Shown here piece by piece: positions 24,741 to 36,264 of a stretch of DNA of 36,531 bases. Position numbers and translations under genes: made by a program. This DNA comes from Nemertoderma westbladi (taxonomy: Eukaryota; Animalia; Xenacoelomorpha), in NCBI GenBank assembly GCA_032718475.1, contig JAUCBJ010000401.1, forward strand, positions 1-36,531. The letters run 5' to 3'. The notes under the pieces are model-generated. The model did not search any database. It had not been told where the DNA came from and worked only from the letters and a program-made list of their open reading frames with translations. The number at the start of each line of letters is the position of its first letter. Position 1 is the stretch's first letter.

Positions 24741-26225
24741 TTATTCTTTAATATCTCTCTCGTTGTCTAAAACTGGAAGTGACTTGGGAACAGTCTTACT
24801 GGGCACAGATAGTTTAGTGCTGTGCAAAGGGAATCTAGAGGTGGTTTCTGGGAGTACAGGTGTCTCTAGCACCAAAGGGGTGGCTTTGAGAACAGGCCTA
24901 ATTATTTCAGACTCATCTACTATAGTAGGGAGTCTGTTTACGGTAATAATTTGGTCTGTGGGTTCTGTACTACCTACGGCTGTGCTAGCTAATTGTCTTC
25001 TAACAGCTGGGGGCAAATCAGGCAATTTATGACGGTGAGATGTTCTTCTACGCCTACTGAGACAAGATCTATTTCCTCCGCCTTCAGGATCGGTGGTATC
25101 ACCTTCTTCCAATGATGTATAGCCATGGCGTTTGGAAGTAGATTGACTCATCATCTGCATTCGACTATCCGTTAACTGTTTATTTATGTTGTCTTGCGTC
25201 TCTTGCAGATTTTCTAACTCCAGTTGGGTGGCCTCCTCAGACGCTCTCCGTTCTGCTTCTGCCACTGCCTTTGCCGCTGCCACAGCTGCTTTTCTTTCCG
25301 CTTCTGCCCCTGCCACTGCAACTACTGCCTTTCTTTCTGCTTCTGCCTCTGCCATTGCTGCTGCTACTGCTACTGCCTTTCTGTCTTCTATCCGCCTTTT
25401 CTTCACTTGGTCTTCTTGGGCTCTAGCTATGCGGAGACGTTCATCAAATTTAGCTTGGTCTGCAGCTAACATCTCAGTATCGATTGCGTCCAACAAAAGT
25501 TTGGCTCCTTCACTATTAGGGGAAAGTCCAGACAGCCGTCTCCTCAACTCTTTGTCTCCTAAGAATCGCTGATTGTCGGACAGATAAATGTCAATAGCGT
25601 CTCTAGTTCGCGGCTTCTCTGCTGCTGTTACTTCGCTCTCCACTTGAGAAAAGGTGGCGTTGGTTGATTCTTCATAGTGGTATGGGCGCTCAGCCAACTG
25701 AGATTTCCACTTGGCTGTTTCTTGAACCTTGAGGCTCACCCGCTGGAACCAAGTCTTGACAGCAACTTGCAACGACGTGTCCTGTTTTCTTTTGGATGTT
25801 TCCTCAAAAGCCGATAGGATTAGTCTAATACGTAGAGTTCTTTCGCGTACTTGATAAAGCAGCTTTTCCTGCTCTTGCGGTCCTTGCTGTTGTCGAAACA
25901 GCTGTTCCTCTAATCGCTCCAAAGAGCTTAAGAACCCTTGTACATAACCAGCTGCCGACCTCTTCCAAACAGCTGGATCCACGGTGTCTTTTGCCACTCC
26001 CATCTGGTGTATATCTTCCCAAGTGGCTTCTGATAAGTCAAACGGGAGTCCGAGTCCGGGGAAGTTCCATTGTGACTCGACAATAGACATCAGTTTTTCC
26101 CTCGCGTATCCCACATAACTCATGAACCTCATGAACTTAGGTCTCGACGGTTCTACACCCCTATCTGAGTCGCAGATGGTTACATCTAATAGACTGTCTG
26201 ACAGGTTTTGCTTTGTATCAGACAT
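24741..26225 (-). CDS. 494-aa helical/coiled-coil ORF, in frame with Gag (N-terminal extension)
   Basis: Same frame as the 24707 ORF, separated by one TAA and 11 sense codons; AEAERKA repeats. Confidence 0.75.
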   Translation of the reverse strand: MSDTKQNLSDSLLDVTICDSDRGVEPSRPKFMRFMSYVGYAREKLMSIVESQWNFPGLGLPFDLSEATWEDIHQMGVAKDTVDPAVWKRSAAGYVQGFLSSLERLEEQLFRQQQGPQEQEKLLYQVRERTLRIRLILSAFEETSKRKQDTSLQVAVKTWFQRVSLKVQETAKWKSQLAERPYHYEESTNATFSQVESEVTAAEKPRTRDAIDIYLSDNQRFLGDKELRRRLSGLSPNSEGAKLLLDAIDTEMLAADQAKFDERLRIARAQEDQVKKRRIEDRKAVAVAAAMAEAEAERKAVVAVAGAEAERKAAVAAAKAVAEAERRASEEATQLELENLQETQDNINKQLTDSRMQMMSQSTSKRHGYTSLEEGDTTDPEGGGNRSCLSRRRRTSHRHKLPDLPPAVRRQLASTAVGSTEPTDQIITVNRLPTIVDESEIIRPVLKATPLVLETPVLPETTSRFPLHSTKLSVPSKTVPKSLPVLDNERDIKE

Positions 26226-27426
26226 TTCGGTTTATACAGTTGAATGCCTACTGCTAGAAATACAGTTAAAGCAAGTCTAGTAATTCAGTATCACTGCAAG
26301 CCTAGCGATTAATTACCAATATCGTTACTCAGTGTAACGTGGTATATATATACAATATATTAGAATACCGGTATACACTTATAGTATATATAAGTATAAT
26401 AACAGACTAGGTCTAGTTACAGAATACCGGTATGTAATTTCAGTACAAATATATATAAAGCTATAATAAGCCTATTATAGATACCGGTATGTCAATTATT
26501 TAGAATAATTGAATTTCTGAAATTTTAGGGTTACTTAGTTACTTTAATTTACTCTATTACCGTTATTTGAGCAGTAGTCCAACTGATATTGAGACCTAAG
26601 TGTTGTATAACAGGCCTACTATTTTATAAATAGATTTGTTAGATTGATAATATTTATACCCATATGAGGGTTTTGTTACAATATTGAAATAGATGTTATT
26701 ATTTCTGGGAAGTAATCACTACACAAAAGCTGTGCGCTCTCAGTGAAGTGCTACTTATTGGACACTAAAACAAATAATTCTACTTCCTAAGTTACTTATC
26801 TACTAATTACTTACAATACGGGTGAGATTCAATCTCTAACTAAACACAACAAAATTATACGTACGAATTTTTAGGGTAATTTTACAGGGAACTACAACCA
26901 GTCTAACAGAAGGTTAGAATTTCTGGTTATTACAACGGACAGGATACTACGGTATTTGAAAATAACAAGCATTAGTAAATATATTGCGCCATCCAGATAG
27001 GAAAAATACCACCGTCTGACGACCTATAGCCGTATCGCTATAGGTACTACGTTATGTATCACGGAGTGTTCCTACCTGGAAGTTAATTACCGCGGTCTAC
27101 CAGAACCAACGTGCCTATTAACCACTTTACAACACAAATATACTGCCTACACAATAATTACTTTCGGAAAACACTGTACACCAAACCCTAAATTAGGTAC
27201 AAGTACTTATAAAACAGATAACCTGCAGTTAGAAATACTTGAACAGCTAAAAGAACCACGGTATCTGCTGGAGTGACCGGGGCACAAAATCACCAGTCTT
27301 TACCTACGCCAAGCAGCCCTGATGTAGTACTGGGGTTAATTTAACTATAACGGTATGTATAACATGCACAATTACTGTAGGAATAAACTTGGGGATATGA
27401 ATGTTGCGAATAATCGCATAAGCTCT

Positions 27427-28002
27427 GAATAATAAATATTACGCTACGCGTACAAACTACTCAAACAAAAAACAGACTAAACGCTGGCAGACTACTATCA
27501 AGCCTAAATAAACCACAGTATATGCAGACTCCGAAATGATTAGTTAGTATGCGTTCTAACCTAGTAGTATGACTTATTCTTTTCGAGGGGTTTACCTTAC
27601 AACTCAAGCTGCCCCCACTTTCCTAACTAGCACTCTATCGGACAAATGCTCTACACACACGGCAGTCCTTTCAGACCCAACAACAGCCAGACAACAATCC
27701 AGCCTACAAATTATTCGAATAAGAATATTACGCTACCCGTACAGACTACACAAACAAAATATAAACCAAACACTGGCAGACTACTATCAAGCCTAAATAA
27801 ATTACAGTATATGCAGACTCCGAAATGATTAGTTAGTATGCGTTCTAACCTAGTAGTACGACTTATTCTTTTCGAGGGGTTTACCTTACAACTCAAGCTG
27901 CCCCCACTTTCCTAACTAGCACTCTATCGGACAAATGCTCTACACACACTGCAATCCGTTCAGACCTAACGACAGTCAGACAACAATCCAGCCTACAATT
28001 AT
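27427..28002. repeat. 289-bp tandem duplication in the retrotransposon 5' leader
   Basis: Two copies with a nearly identical core (atgctctacacacac at 27646 and 27935). Confidence 0.95.
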
Positions 28003-28989
28003 CTGTACAATATGGGCAGGCTTACACGCCTTCTACTCAATATTAACTTACAGGCAAATAAAACTGACAGAAATTAGTAAAATCCCAATAAAAACCAGGC
28101 GTCCCCGATTTAATCAAGACCTACCGGTATATAATTAACAATCGAATATTACTGCTGTACTTGTACAGTTGTAAGTACCGGTCCGGGTGATCAGGCAGTC
28201 AGGCCTACAGATTACCGGTCGACCGGTCCTTCAGCTTTATTGCATACACTGCAAACTAGAAAACAAACAAACTGTTACTGTTCGCGCTTTTAAGACCTCT
28301 GGCAGTTTAACCTGCCAAATCTATATGTCTTCTAGGTTATAAATATACTTTAGCTTATGACAAGTATTTGACACAAATAATTCTAAAATTAGCCGAAGCC
28401 AGTCTATGCGCGACCATTCACCCGCTGGATATACCCGTGAGACTGGATTCGGTTGCTTTAATTTGATTGTGGTGCAGGCCTACCGTAATATTAGATTGAT
28501 CGTTAATATAATTTCTGACAAATATTATTCACTTTCGGGAAATATTAGCAGTTCCTTTAGGGCGTGGCGCTCTATCTATATAAACAGAGCTATGACTTAC
28601 ACTATACACAACGGGATGGCTTATAGATCACCAAGGTGCATTCTTTAGGAAATGCTTTGTTACTCGGTCAAACACATACAGACTATTGCACACGACTGCA
28701 CACTGAATTGCCGATATTCACTGATTTTAATCATATATAAAGAGAATAGCAACCGACATTTGTAGGGCATATTAAGTAGCATTGAATTCACTACAAACCA
28801 CGATAATGTATGTCGCAATTGTTATATGTAACCGGTCTCTCTAACCTTAGTGTATCAAGAAGATTGGGGTTTCGGATCGTTATCAATATTCTTCCCAATA
28901 ACAATATGCAAACATCTTATACAATTAATAACAAACAGTAAATAGCAGTAAATAATGCGGTGAAAAGCAGTTTTAGTCAGTACGGTGAC

Positions 28990-29460
28990 CAGGATATGGA
29001 ATATGTGCTTCCCCAGGTCCGGTAACAGTTTGATGATCTTATAATTAAAGACGTTCTAATGTTAGAATAATTCAGAAACATTCCACAGCCGGTGTTCTAA
29101 GCTGGGAAAAAACGTCATTACTGTACTGAATCATGTGAACTGTTGTACGTAGATTTTAACACAGAAAGAAAAGCTCTCATTGGCAAACTCCAGATTCTAC
29201 CAATTCCACCAATGTCTAAATGCCGAACTATTAGGGTGTTTTGCAGCCCTTAGTTAACACAGGCTACATCGCTGTGATTGGTTGACCATCGCTCTGATTG
29301 GTTGATCGAACAGAACAAAGAGGCTACACAAGTACAGCCAATCAGCCAACCAGCGGGCGGATTGTGCCACTAGAAGCAACAGTTTAGAGGATTTGAGCGA
29401 ATGGGGGAAAACTGGATTACGAATGGAAAAGGCCAGTTATATCCCACAAAAGCTTTTACA
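28990..29460 (-). promoter_or_regulatory. Probable start of the 5' LTR (U3-like, clustered CCAAT boxes); inner boundary uncertain
   Basis: TGT terminus at 29460; gattggttg twice at about 29276-29304 and cagccaatcag at about 29335; no confident PBS. Confidence 0.45.
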
Positions 29461-29822
29461 ATATTTATTGAACATATATCGTAAAGTCCATCTTTATTGA
29501 ACATATATCGTAAAGTCCATATTTATTGAACATCTATATCGTAAAGTCCATCTATATTGAACATCTATCGTGAAGTCCATATTTATTGAGCATATATCGT
29601 AAAGTCCATATTTATTGAACATCTATCGTAAAGCCCATATTTATTGAACATCTATCGTAAAGTCCATATTTATTGAACATCTATCGTAAAGTCCATTTTT
29701 AATGAACATCTATATCGTAAAGTCCATCTTTATTGAACATCTATCGTAAAGTCCATATTTATTGAACATATATCGTAAAGTCCATATTTATTGAACATAT
29801 ATCGTAAAGTCCATCTTTATTT
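29461..29822. repeat. 28/30-bp tandem satellite, right block (about 12-13 copies)
   Basis: Same unit and orientation as 14049-15116. Confidence 0.97.
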
Positions 29823-31066
29823 ATTGATTTATTTAGGACCTACGTCCCTCAAGAGCCACTGACAATTAGACCAATTTTTGAGTACATACTAGGTTATTCT
29901 CCGTCGCCTCGGAAAGGTATAATCATCTCGGAAAGGTAACGCATACTTTTCTTGGAAGCATACAGTACACATCCCGGAAAGGATACTCATCTTAGATGAC
30001 ATGCACATCTCCAAAGGCATTACACATTTCAGAGAGCATAGATAATCTGTATGACATAGACCTGTGTGACATGTCTAAAGTTTATTTAAGTTTAAGGGGT
30101 GCTGATTTCATTTCTGATGCCAGTTTTCACTTTTACATAAATATAGTCTGTATGTCTGTCGGTATTTCTGTCTGTCAGTCAGTCTGTCTAAGACATTTAA
30201 AACATCAAAGACATCAAAAACCCCATTTTTTATGAACATATATCTTACTCGCGATAATTTTACCTGCAATATTTTTGCTCGCGATATTTTTACTCGCGAT
30301 ATTTTACACCAATACCAAATATTAAAGATTGCCACATGGCATACGTTTAGGCTTGTACTGTACAGACTGTGCAAGCCCGTACATATGCAAAAAGATGGCA
30401 ATAACTGTCTTAAATAACAGCAATAACTGTTTTAAAAATAAAAAATTCGCAGTTTTATTTAGTTAATTTAGTTATGTTTCAGTTAGTTAGCGTTTTAAAG
30501 TTTTAAAATCCGCAGAAAATATGGCAACATAATTTAAAGTTATACCGTTGAATATGCAGATTGATTAATTAGTTCCACAGTATGTACAGCGCATGGCAAT
30601 TAAATATTTATAATAAAAAGACGAAAATCCTGCCATCATCAATAATTGAATTTTTTATATTTTAATAATATATGAAATATAATCTACAGTAGGAAATAAA
30701 TAATAATATATTGAACAAATTGATGATTGGTGGAATAAGATGGGTGTGCGACTAAACCAGGACAAATAAAGGTATCTTTACTCCACCTATAGAGTAGAAC
30801 TAAGTTGATTAACTACTCGTTTATACAGATTGTAGGTGACCAATCCAAGCACAATAATTATCTAACAATGTAACCAACCAATGAGTTTAAAGACTATTAA
30901 CAATGGTAAGGCATTTACAGCAGTTGACGTTCCCACGAAAATATATTCTTTACTGCAGTCCTGACATCATGTTTCCATAGTTACCCCATACCTACAGTAC
31001 CAAAATCTTACAGGGCGCTTATTCTGTTCCATTGACTCAATGATATTGGTAGGAATAAATAAGTGT

Positions 31067-31785
31067 GGAACGCCCATGACATTTTATGTGGGCTTATTCA
31101 CATTGTATTGATTGTAATATTTTGGGAACGCCCATAACATCTTACGTGGTCTTATTGTGTTCCATTTTACTCAGGGTAACCTTTTCGAACGCCCATATCA
31201 TCTTACGTGGGCTTATTGTGTTCCATAGAATCAGGGTAACCTTTTGGAACGCCCATAACATCTGACGTGGTCTTATTGTGTTCCATAGAATCAGGGTAAC
31301 CTTTTGGAACGCCCATAACATCTGACGTGGTCTTATTGTGTTCCATAGAATCAGGGTAACCTTTTGGAACGCCCATAACATCTGACGTGGTCTTATTGTG
31401 TTCCATAGAATCAGGGTAACCTTTTGGAACGCCCATAACATCTGACGTGGTCTTATTGTGTTCCATAGAATCAGGGTAACCTTTTGGAACGCCCATAACT
31501 TCTGACGTGGTCTTATTGTGTTCCATAGAATCAGGGTAACCTTTTGGAACGCCCATAACATCTGACGTGGTCTTATTGTGTTCCATAGAATCAGGGTAAC
31601 CTTTTGGAACGCCCATAACATCTGACGTGGTCTTATTGTGTTCCATTGACTCAGGGAAACCTTTTGGAACGCCCATAACATCTGACGTGGTCTTATTGTG
31701 TTCCATAGAATCAGGGTGACCCTTTGGAACGCCCATAACATCTTATGTGACTATGTGAGCTTTATTATGTTCCACTGACTCAGGG
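31067..31785. repeat. 60-bp minisatellite (about 10 near-perfect copies plus degenerate edges)
   Basis: tctgacgtggtcttattgtgttccatagaatcagggtaaccttttggaacgcccataaca repeated. Confidence 0.97.
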
Positions 31786-31800
31786 GTATTGGTGCTCACT

Positions 31801-33040
31801 CATAGGGTGAGTGAGGGAGACTTGAACCCCAAAAGTTATAATCGCTCTAAAGAACAGATAAATAAATTTTTCAATGCCGTTTTAACTTTTTCACATTATA
31901 TTTATGATTGCTATCATTATGTGAGAGTTTGAGAATTTCAACTCTTAAACTTAATTAAACCAATTATTCGTATTTTTGAAAAAGCGTCAAGTCACACTCA
32001 ATAATGGGGGGAGACTTGACACCTAGGGTGGGAGACTTGAACCCCACCTCGCATTCTTGTAAATTCGTTCAAAAATGCATACGAAGTGTAATAATTATAT
32101 GATCAACATGGATATTTTCTAGTAGAGCAGAAACATTTCAAAAAATGCGAATGTAAAATTGATAAATTATTATCTAAAATTTTATTCAAATTTAGATGGT
32201 CGTTCACATGGTTCTCCCAACAAGAACTAAATAATTAATGTTTCATTAAAACCGCATTAAAATTTAACGCGGGAAGGTAATTTTTATTAATGAATATCTT
32301 GTATAATTTTCAATCCAGGCACATATTAATTTTTTTCCTGTAATTCTATTGATGTGTGCCGCTTTCTGACGAAGTGGCATCTTTTTTAAGCTGTCAATCA
32401 CCCAGTTGGCGTGCTACTAACTAAACTACATTACAAAGAGGGAAGGAAGAGTTGGTTGGCTTGGCTTGGATGGGTATATCAAGCCCCCTCTCTCTCTCTC
32501 TCTCTCTGGCCACTCCATTGTAACACATTCCACTGATAGCTTGGTCTGTGTAAGAGCCAATCAACTCGTTGGAGTGCTCTGGTGTAATGGTTCTCTACGT
32601 GGGTGTATCTCTAGGTAGACGTCAGCATTGAAGCCTTCAAGTCTCCCTCACACTCGGGCGTCATGTCTCCCCATGGGCTTTTTTTTATATTAATTGATAT
32701 AATTTCAAAACGGCTGAACCAAAACTGAAAAACAATATATGGCAGGATAGTGCAATAATTAGTCAACACATATTGTGAATTACAATTAACATACAGTAAA
32801 ATAAGGGTGCAAATTTTCCTTCGTTGTAAATGGGAAAAATTTACTTTTGAACCCATAAAACGATTATTGACAATAAAACAAAAAATAATCAAAAGGTAAT
32901 AAAACATTGTTGCGCGGGTGTAGCCAACATGTATTTTACATATTTTTGTGTTGTATTGTTAAATAATTTACAATAGTTTTTGAGTTATTAAAAAAAATTA
33001 AGTCTCCCCTAAAGTCAAGTGTCCCTCACTCACCCTACTG
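31801..33040. mobile_element. Non-autonomous DNA transposon (Tc1/mariner-pogo-like), about 1.24 kb
   Basis: TIRs ca-tagggtgagtgagggagacttga / tcaagtgtccctcactcaccctactg followed by TA; subterminal gggagacttga copies at about 32008 and 32030, inverted at about 32638 and 33000; no transposase ORF. Confidence 0.8.
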
Positions 33041-33203
33041 TAAAGTTTTACGCCATTTATTAAAAACAAAATGAAATATCTTCAACTGTGATGTGAAGCA
33101 TAATGCCTGCAAAGTGTTAGCATAGGTTTAGGTTTGTAAAGTGCAGGGGTTGTGTCACATGCCAGCAGAATGCAAGCTTTTTGCTAGGGTGCATTTTGAC
33201 TGG

Positions 33204-33318
33204 GCCGGGATCTAAGTTCACCGGGATTCCGGGATCTAAGTTTACCCGGTTCTATGTTCACCAGGATCTAAGTTTGCCAGGGTCGATCTAAGATTGCCTA
33301 GGTTATGAGTTTGACATG
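33204..33318. repeat. Degenerate short tandem repeat, about 16 bp (ccgggatctaagttca)
   Basis: About 6-7 diverged units. Confidence 0.7.
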
Positions 33319-34149
33319 ATTTACGCCACAGTCTAGGGCGTTTCTTATGGTATTAAACGTAGCCCCTTTCTCCATCTCTGTTTAAAACGATTGTTTCTAA
33401 GTTATTGATGATTGTGAGTGATTGCTAAGTAATAATACTGTATTAAATAAATGTAAAAAAATAAACAGTTCGGGATCGAACTCGTGTCTGTTAGTAAGTA
33501 ATAGCTAAGTATCCACTTCACTAATCGGCAAAATGGAAACATGGGCACATTGAGGAACAAGCTGGGCGTAAACGTATCCTCAAAAGTGGTTTTCCCCATA
33601 CGACACCCCTTTTAGCGATTAAGCCGAACCGACACACCTTTTGGCTTTTGGATATGAGAGAATGTTAGCCAATGAATGAATGAGGTGAGCTTATTTAAGG
33701 AACATCCAATTCGATTAGAAGCCCAGAAATACTTCCGCCATAGGACTGTAGGATGAAATGACACCCCAATTGGAAATATGCTACTGGTGGTAGTACATGT
33801 CCAGCTGTCAGCCTGTGCACTGTGTGTGTTGCATGTTGCAGTGTTGTGTACTGGTGTAGGCATACCCTACAGCCCTACCCCTAAGCTGCTAAGCTCAGAC
33901 AGTCAGAAGCTAATAAGTGCTAAAGTGTGTACTTTAGTTTTAAAACCCGTACTGCAGTACTGCCGTAATCAGGTTCAGGTAGTAGGCCTACAGTACTCGT
34001 ACTGCAGTACAGCAGTAGCAGAGTTGTACATTGTAGTACAGGTATTGCGTATTGGTATTATTTTGCTGTTTTAAGGATAATTAATTGAGACAAATAGTTA
34101 CTGCAACGCCTGAACGCGGAACGGCTGAACGGTACAATTGGCAATTGAG

Positions 34150-34578
34150 ATGGCCGACGATACGAAACCGTTCCTTCGATCTTCACGAAGGAAGACTGAC
34201 GATGCCGAAAAGACGGATCACGATTTCCAAATAACTAGTTTTCCCCAACCTACGTTCTGTTGCCTATGCGATGGATTTATTTGGGGCTTTTGTTATCAAG
34301 GCTACCAGTGTCAACTGTGTTCCTTTTCCACCCACAAAGGTTGCGTAGAGTTGGCCACATTCGATTGTGGTGGGCATGGAATCGATAAAGTGTCGCCCGG
34401 GCGCCACAAGTTCACCACCACTTCATACAAAACGCCGACGTTCTGCGGTCATTGCGGTTCCCTTCTGTGGGGGGTAGTTCGTCAGGGAATGCACTGCGAG
34501 GCCTGCAAATTAAACGTGCACCAAAGCTGCGGTGGCAAAGTACCTAACATGTGCGGTTCTCATTATAAACAAGCCTGA
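34150..34578 (+). CDS. 142-aa protein made of tandem PKC-type C1A-C1B (DAG/phorbol ester-binding) domains
   Basis: Two complete H-x12-C-x2-C-x13-C-x2-C-x4-H-x2-C-x7-C motifs; ATG in gagATGg context; in-frame stops upstream (34078, 34111); TGA 7 codons after C1B. Confidence 0.85.
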   Translation: MADDTKPFLRSSRRKTDDAEKTDHDFQITSFPQPTFCCLCDGFIWGFCYQGYQCQLCSFSTHKGCVELATFDCGGHGIDKVSPGRHKFTTTSYKTPTFCGHCGSLLWGVVRQGMHCEACKLNVHQSCGGKVPNMCGSHYKQA

Positions 34579-35050
34579 AACAGGCCAATGTGCGTACTTG
34601 AGATAATGATTGAACGATTACTGCAGTAGGCCCCTACTGGATTAACTACATGCCTCATCGTGTAGGTTCTGGCTACGGTGAACCTAGGACTTCTAGAACA
34701 TATTATTTATTCAGGACATGAAGCGGGCAAACGACCATATCAACATATGGCAGTATGGGCATTCCCAATCCCATACTGCATGTGCTGCATATGGCAGTGC
34801 AGTATGGTCTTAAAGAGCAAAAGAAGCTGGAGATTTCTATTGAGTGTCTGAATGTAGGCCTAACTAATTTCAATTTCAGAATTACAACAAAAAAATTAAA
34901 ATTTTTTTATTTATACTTACATACGCCACCAATAGACGTTAAGTTAGGTAATTACTGCATTACACATGTACATATATTATTATATATCGGTGTCTGGTGT
35001 CGGGCTTCTGGTTGGTTGGTTCAGTACATGTTTCTACTGTTGTACAGGTA

Positions 35051-35405
35051 CCGTATTTCTTCGAATAAGAGCCTGGGCGTTTAAGTTTATAAATTGCCAA
35101 TTGGGGAGGCGTTTATTCGAGGGGGCGTTTATTCGGCGAAGGCGTTTAAGTTCCAAATTGTGTGGTTCGAGTGGTGGTGTTTATATTTATGTTCTAGATT
35201 TTCAGCATTTTGAACCTAAATAATTGCGTATCGCGCTAATTATCAATATATGGGCATCGCTCACAAATCGTGGCTCGCCCCACATTGTAATATTATTAAA
35301 CGCCGGGGCGTTTATTCAGGAAAGGCGTTTAAGTTGCTAATTTAATGGTGGGGCCGTTTTTTCGAGGGGGGGGGGGGGGGGGGGCTCTTATTCGAGTAAA
35401 TACGG
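35051..35405. mobile_element. MITE, Tc1/mariner-pogo-like, 355 bp
   Basis: TA|ccgtatttcttcgaataagagcc ... ggctcttattcgagtaaatacgg|CA; internal ggcgtttattcg subrepeats. Confidence 0.85.
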
Positions 35406-35775
35406 CATATGGATAAATCGAAGATGAATTCAGTAACAGCCACCCGTAATTTATTAAAAAATTATGAAGTGCAGACAGAAGCTACATAGTACCGGTAATC
35501 GTAATGTAAATGTCTTATACCGGTGGTTTCCTTCAGTAAACATCAAATATTTCAATGCAAATAAATCCATCCATCCATCCATATTATACTTAATAAATGT
35601 TACTAGATATTATTAGAAACTCAGACAAAATAATCTTACATTCAATAAAAACCTACTTAACCAACATTTCCGTTTAAATTTGTTTGTTTAACTTATTTCC
35701 CGAACCCTCGGTAAGGGGTCGGGAAAACTAAATAATGTTCATGAAAAGCGTCGTAACTCTATTCCGACATAAATT

Positions 35776-36060
35776 TGCCGTTTCAACTCCAGTTATCGCC
35801 TTTTTTCCTCCAGTTATCGCCTTTTAACCTCCAGTTATTGCCGTTTCTCCTCCGGTTATCGCCTTTTTTCCTCCAGTTATCGCCTTTTAACCTCCAGTTA
35901 TTGCCTTTTAACCTCCAGTTATCGCCTTTTAACCTCCAGTTATTGCCTTTTAACCTCCAGTTATCGCCTTTTAACCTCCAGTTATTGCCTTTTAACCTCC
36001 AGTTATCGCCTTTTAACCTCCAGTTATTGCCTTTTAACCTCCAGTTATTGCCTTTTAACC
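35776..36060. repeat. 21-bp minisatellite (about 13.5 copies; ttgccttttaacctccagtta)
   Basis: Head-to-tail units; preceded by a hairpin at 35696-35726. Confidence 0.95.
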
Positions 36061-36264
36061 ATTCTTTGTACATTTAACCTTGTAACCATAGTACTGACAT
36101 AGGATCCAGGCCACATACATTCAACCTTCCACTCCATGTCGTACGGGTAGTAGACGTTGTATATGTGGTGTGTCTGATAGTGCCAGAAGACCTAAATATC
36201 AGACAATATGTTTATTACATGGGATAAAAGGTATAACTTTTTTTCACTATTCTCGAGGCATTTT

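Larger units (their letters stand above)
18432..26225 (-). pseudogene. gag-pol: BEL/Pao gag-pol polyprotein (about 2,590 codons), broken by 3 in-frame stops and 3 frameshifts
   Basis: Stops at 24743-24741, 22432-22430 and 21511-21509. Frameshifts near 23245, about 22650-22700 and 19570. Motifs continue across the lesions. Confidence 0.9.
15117..29460 (-). mobile_element. BEL/Pao LTR retrotransposon, decayed and 3'-truncated, with an extra ORF
   Basis: Domain order Gag(DUF1759-like, Cys/His knuckles)-PR-RT-RH-IN. The minus strand begins TGTAAAAGC at 29460, exactly at the satellite edge. No matching 3' LTR. Confidence 0.92.

Noticed and set aside
28975-28995. TGGTCACCGTACTGACT as the primer-binding site
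   Set aside because: Could not match it to a tRNA 3' end, and there is no second LTR to fix the boundary
30090-30310. (ctgt)n-rich block and short ctcgcgata repeats
   Set aside because: Probably degraded transposon fragments; boundaries and family cannot be supported
35775-36077. Repetitive ORFs (LQLSPFN / WRLKGDN)
   Set aside because: A by-product of the 21-bp unit length; no other coding evidence
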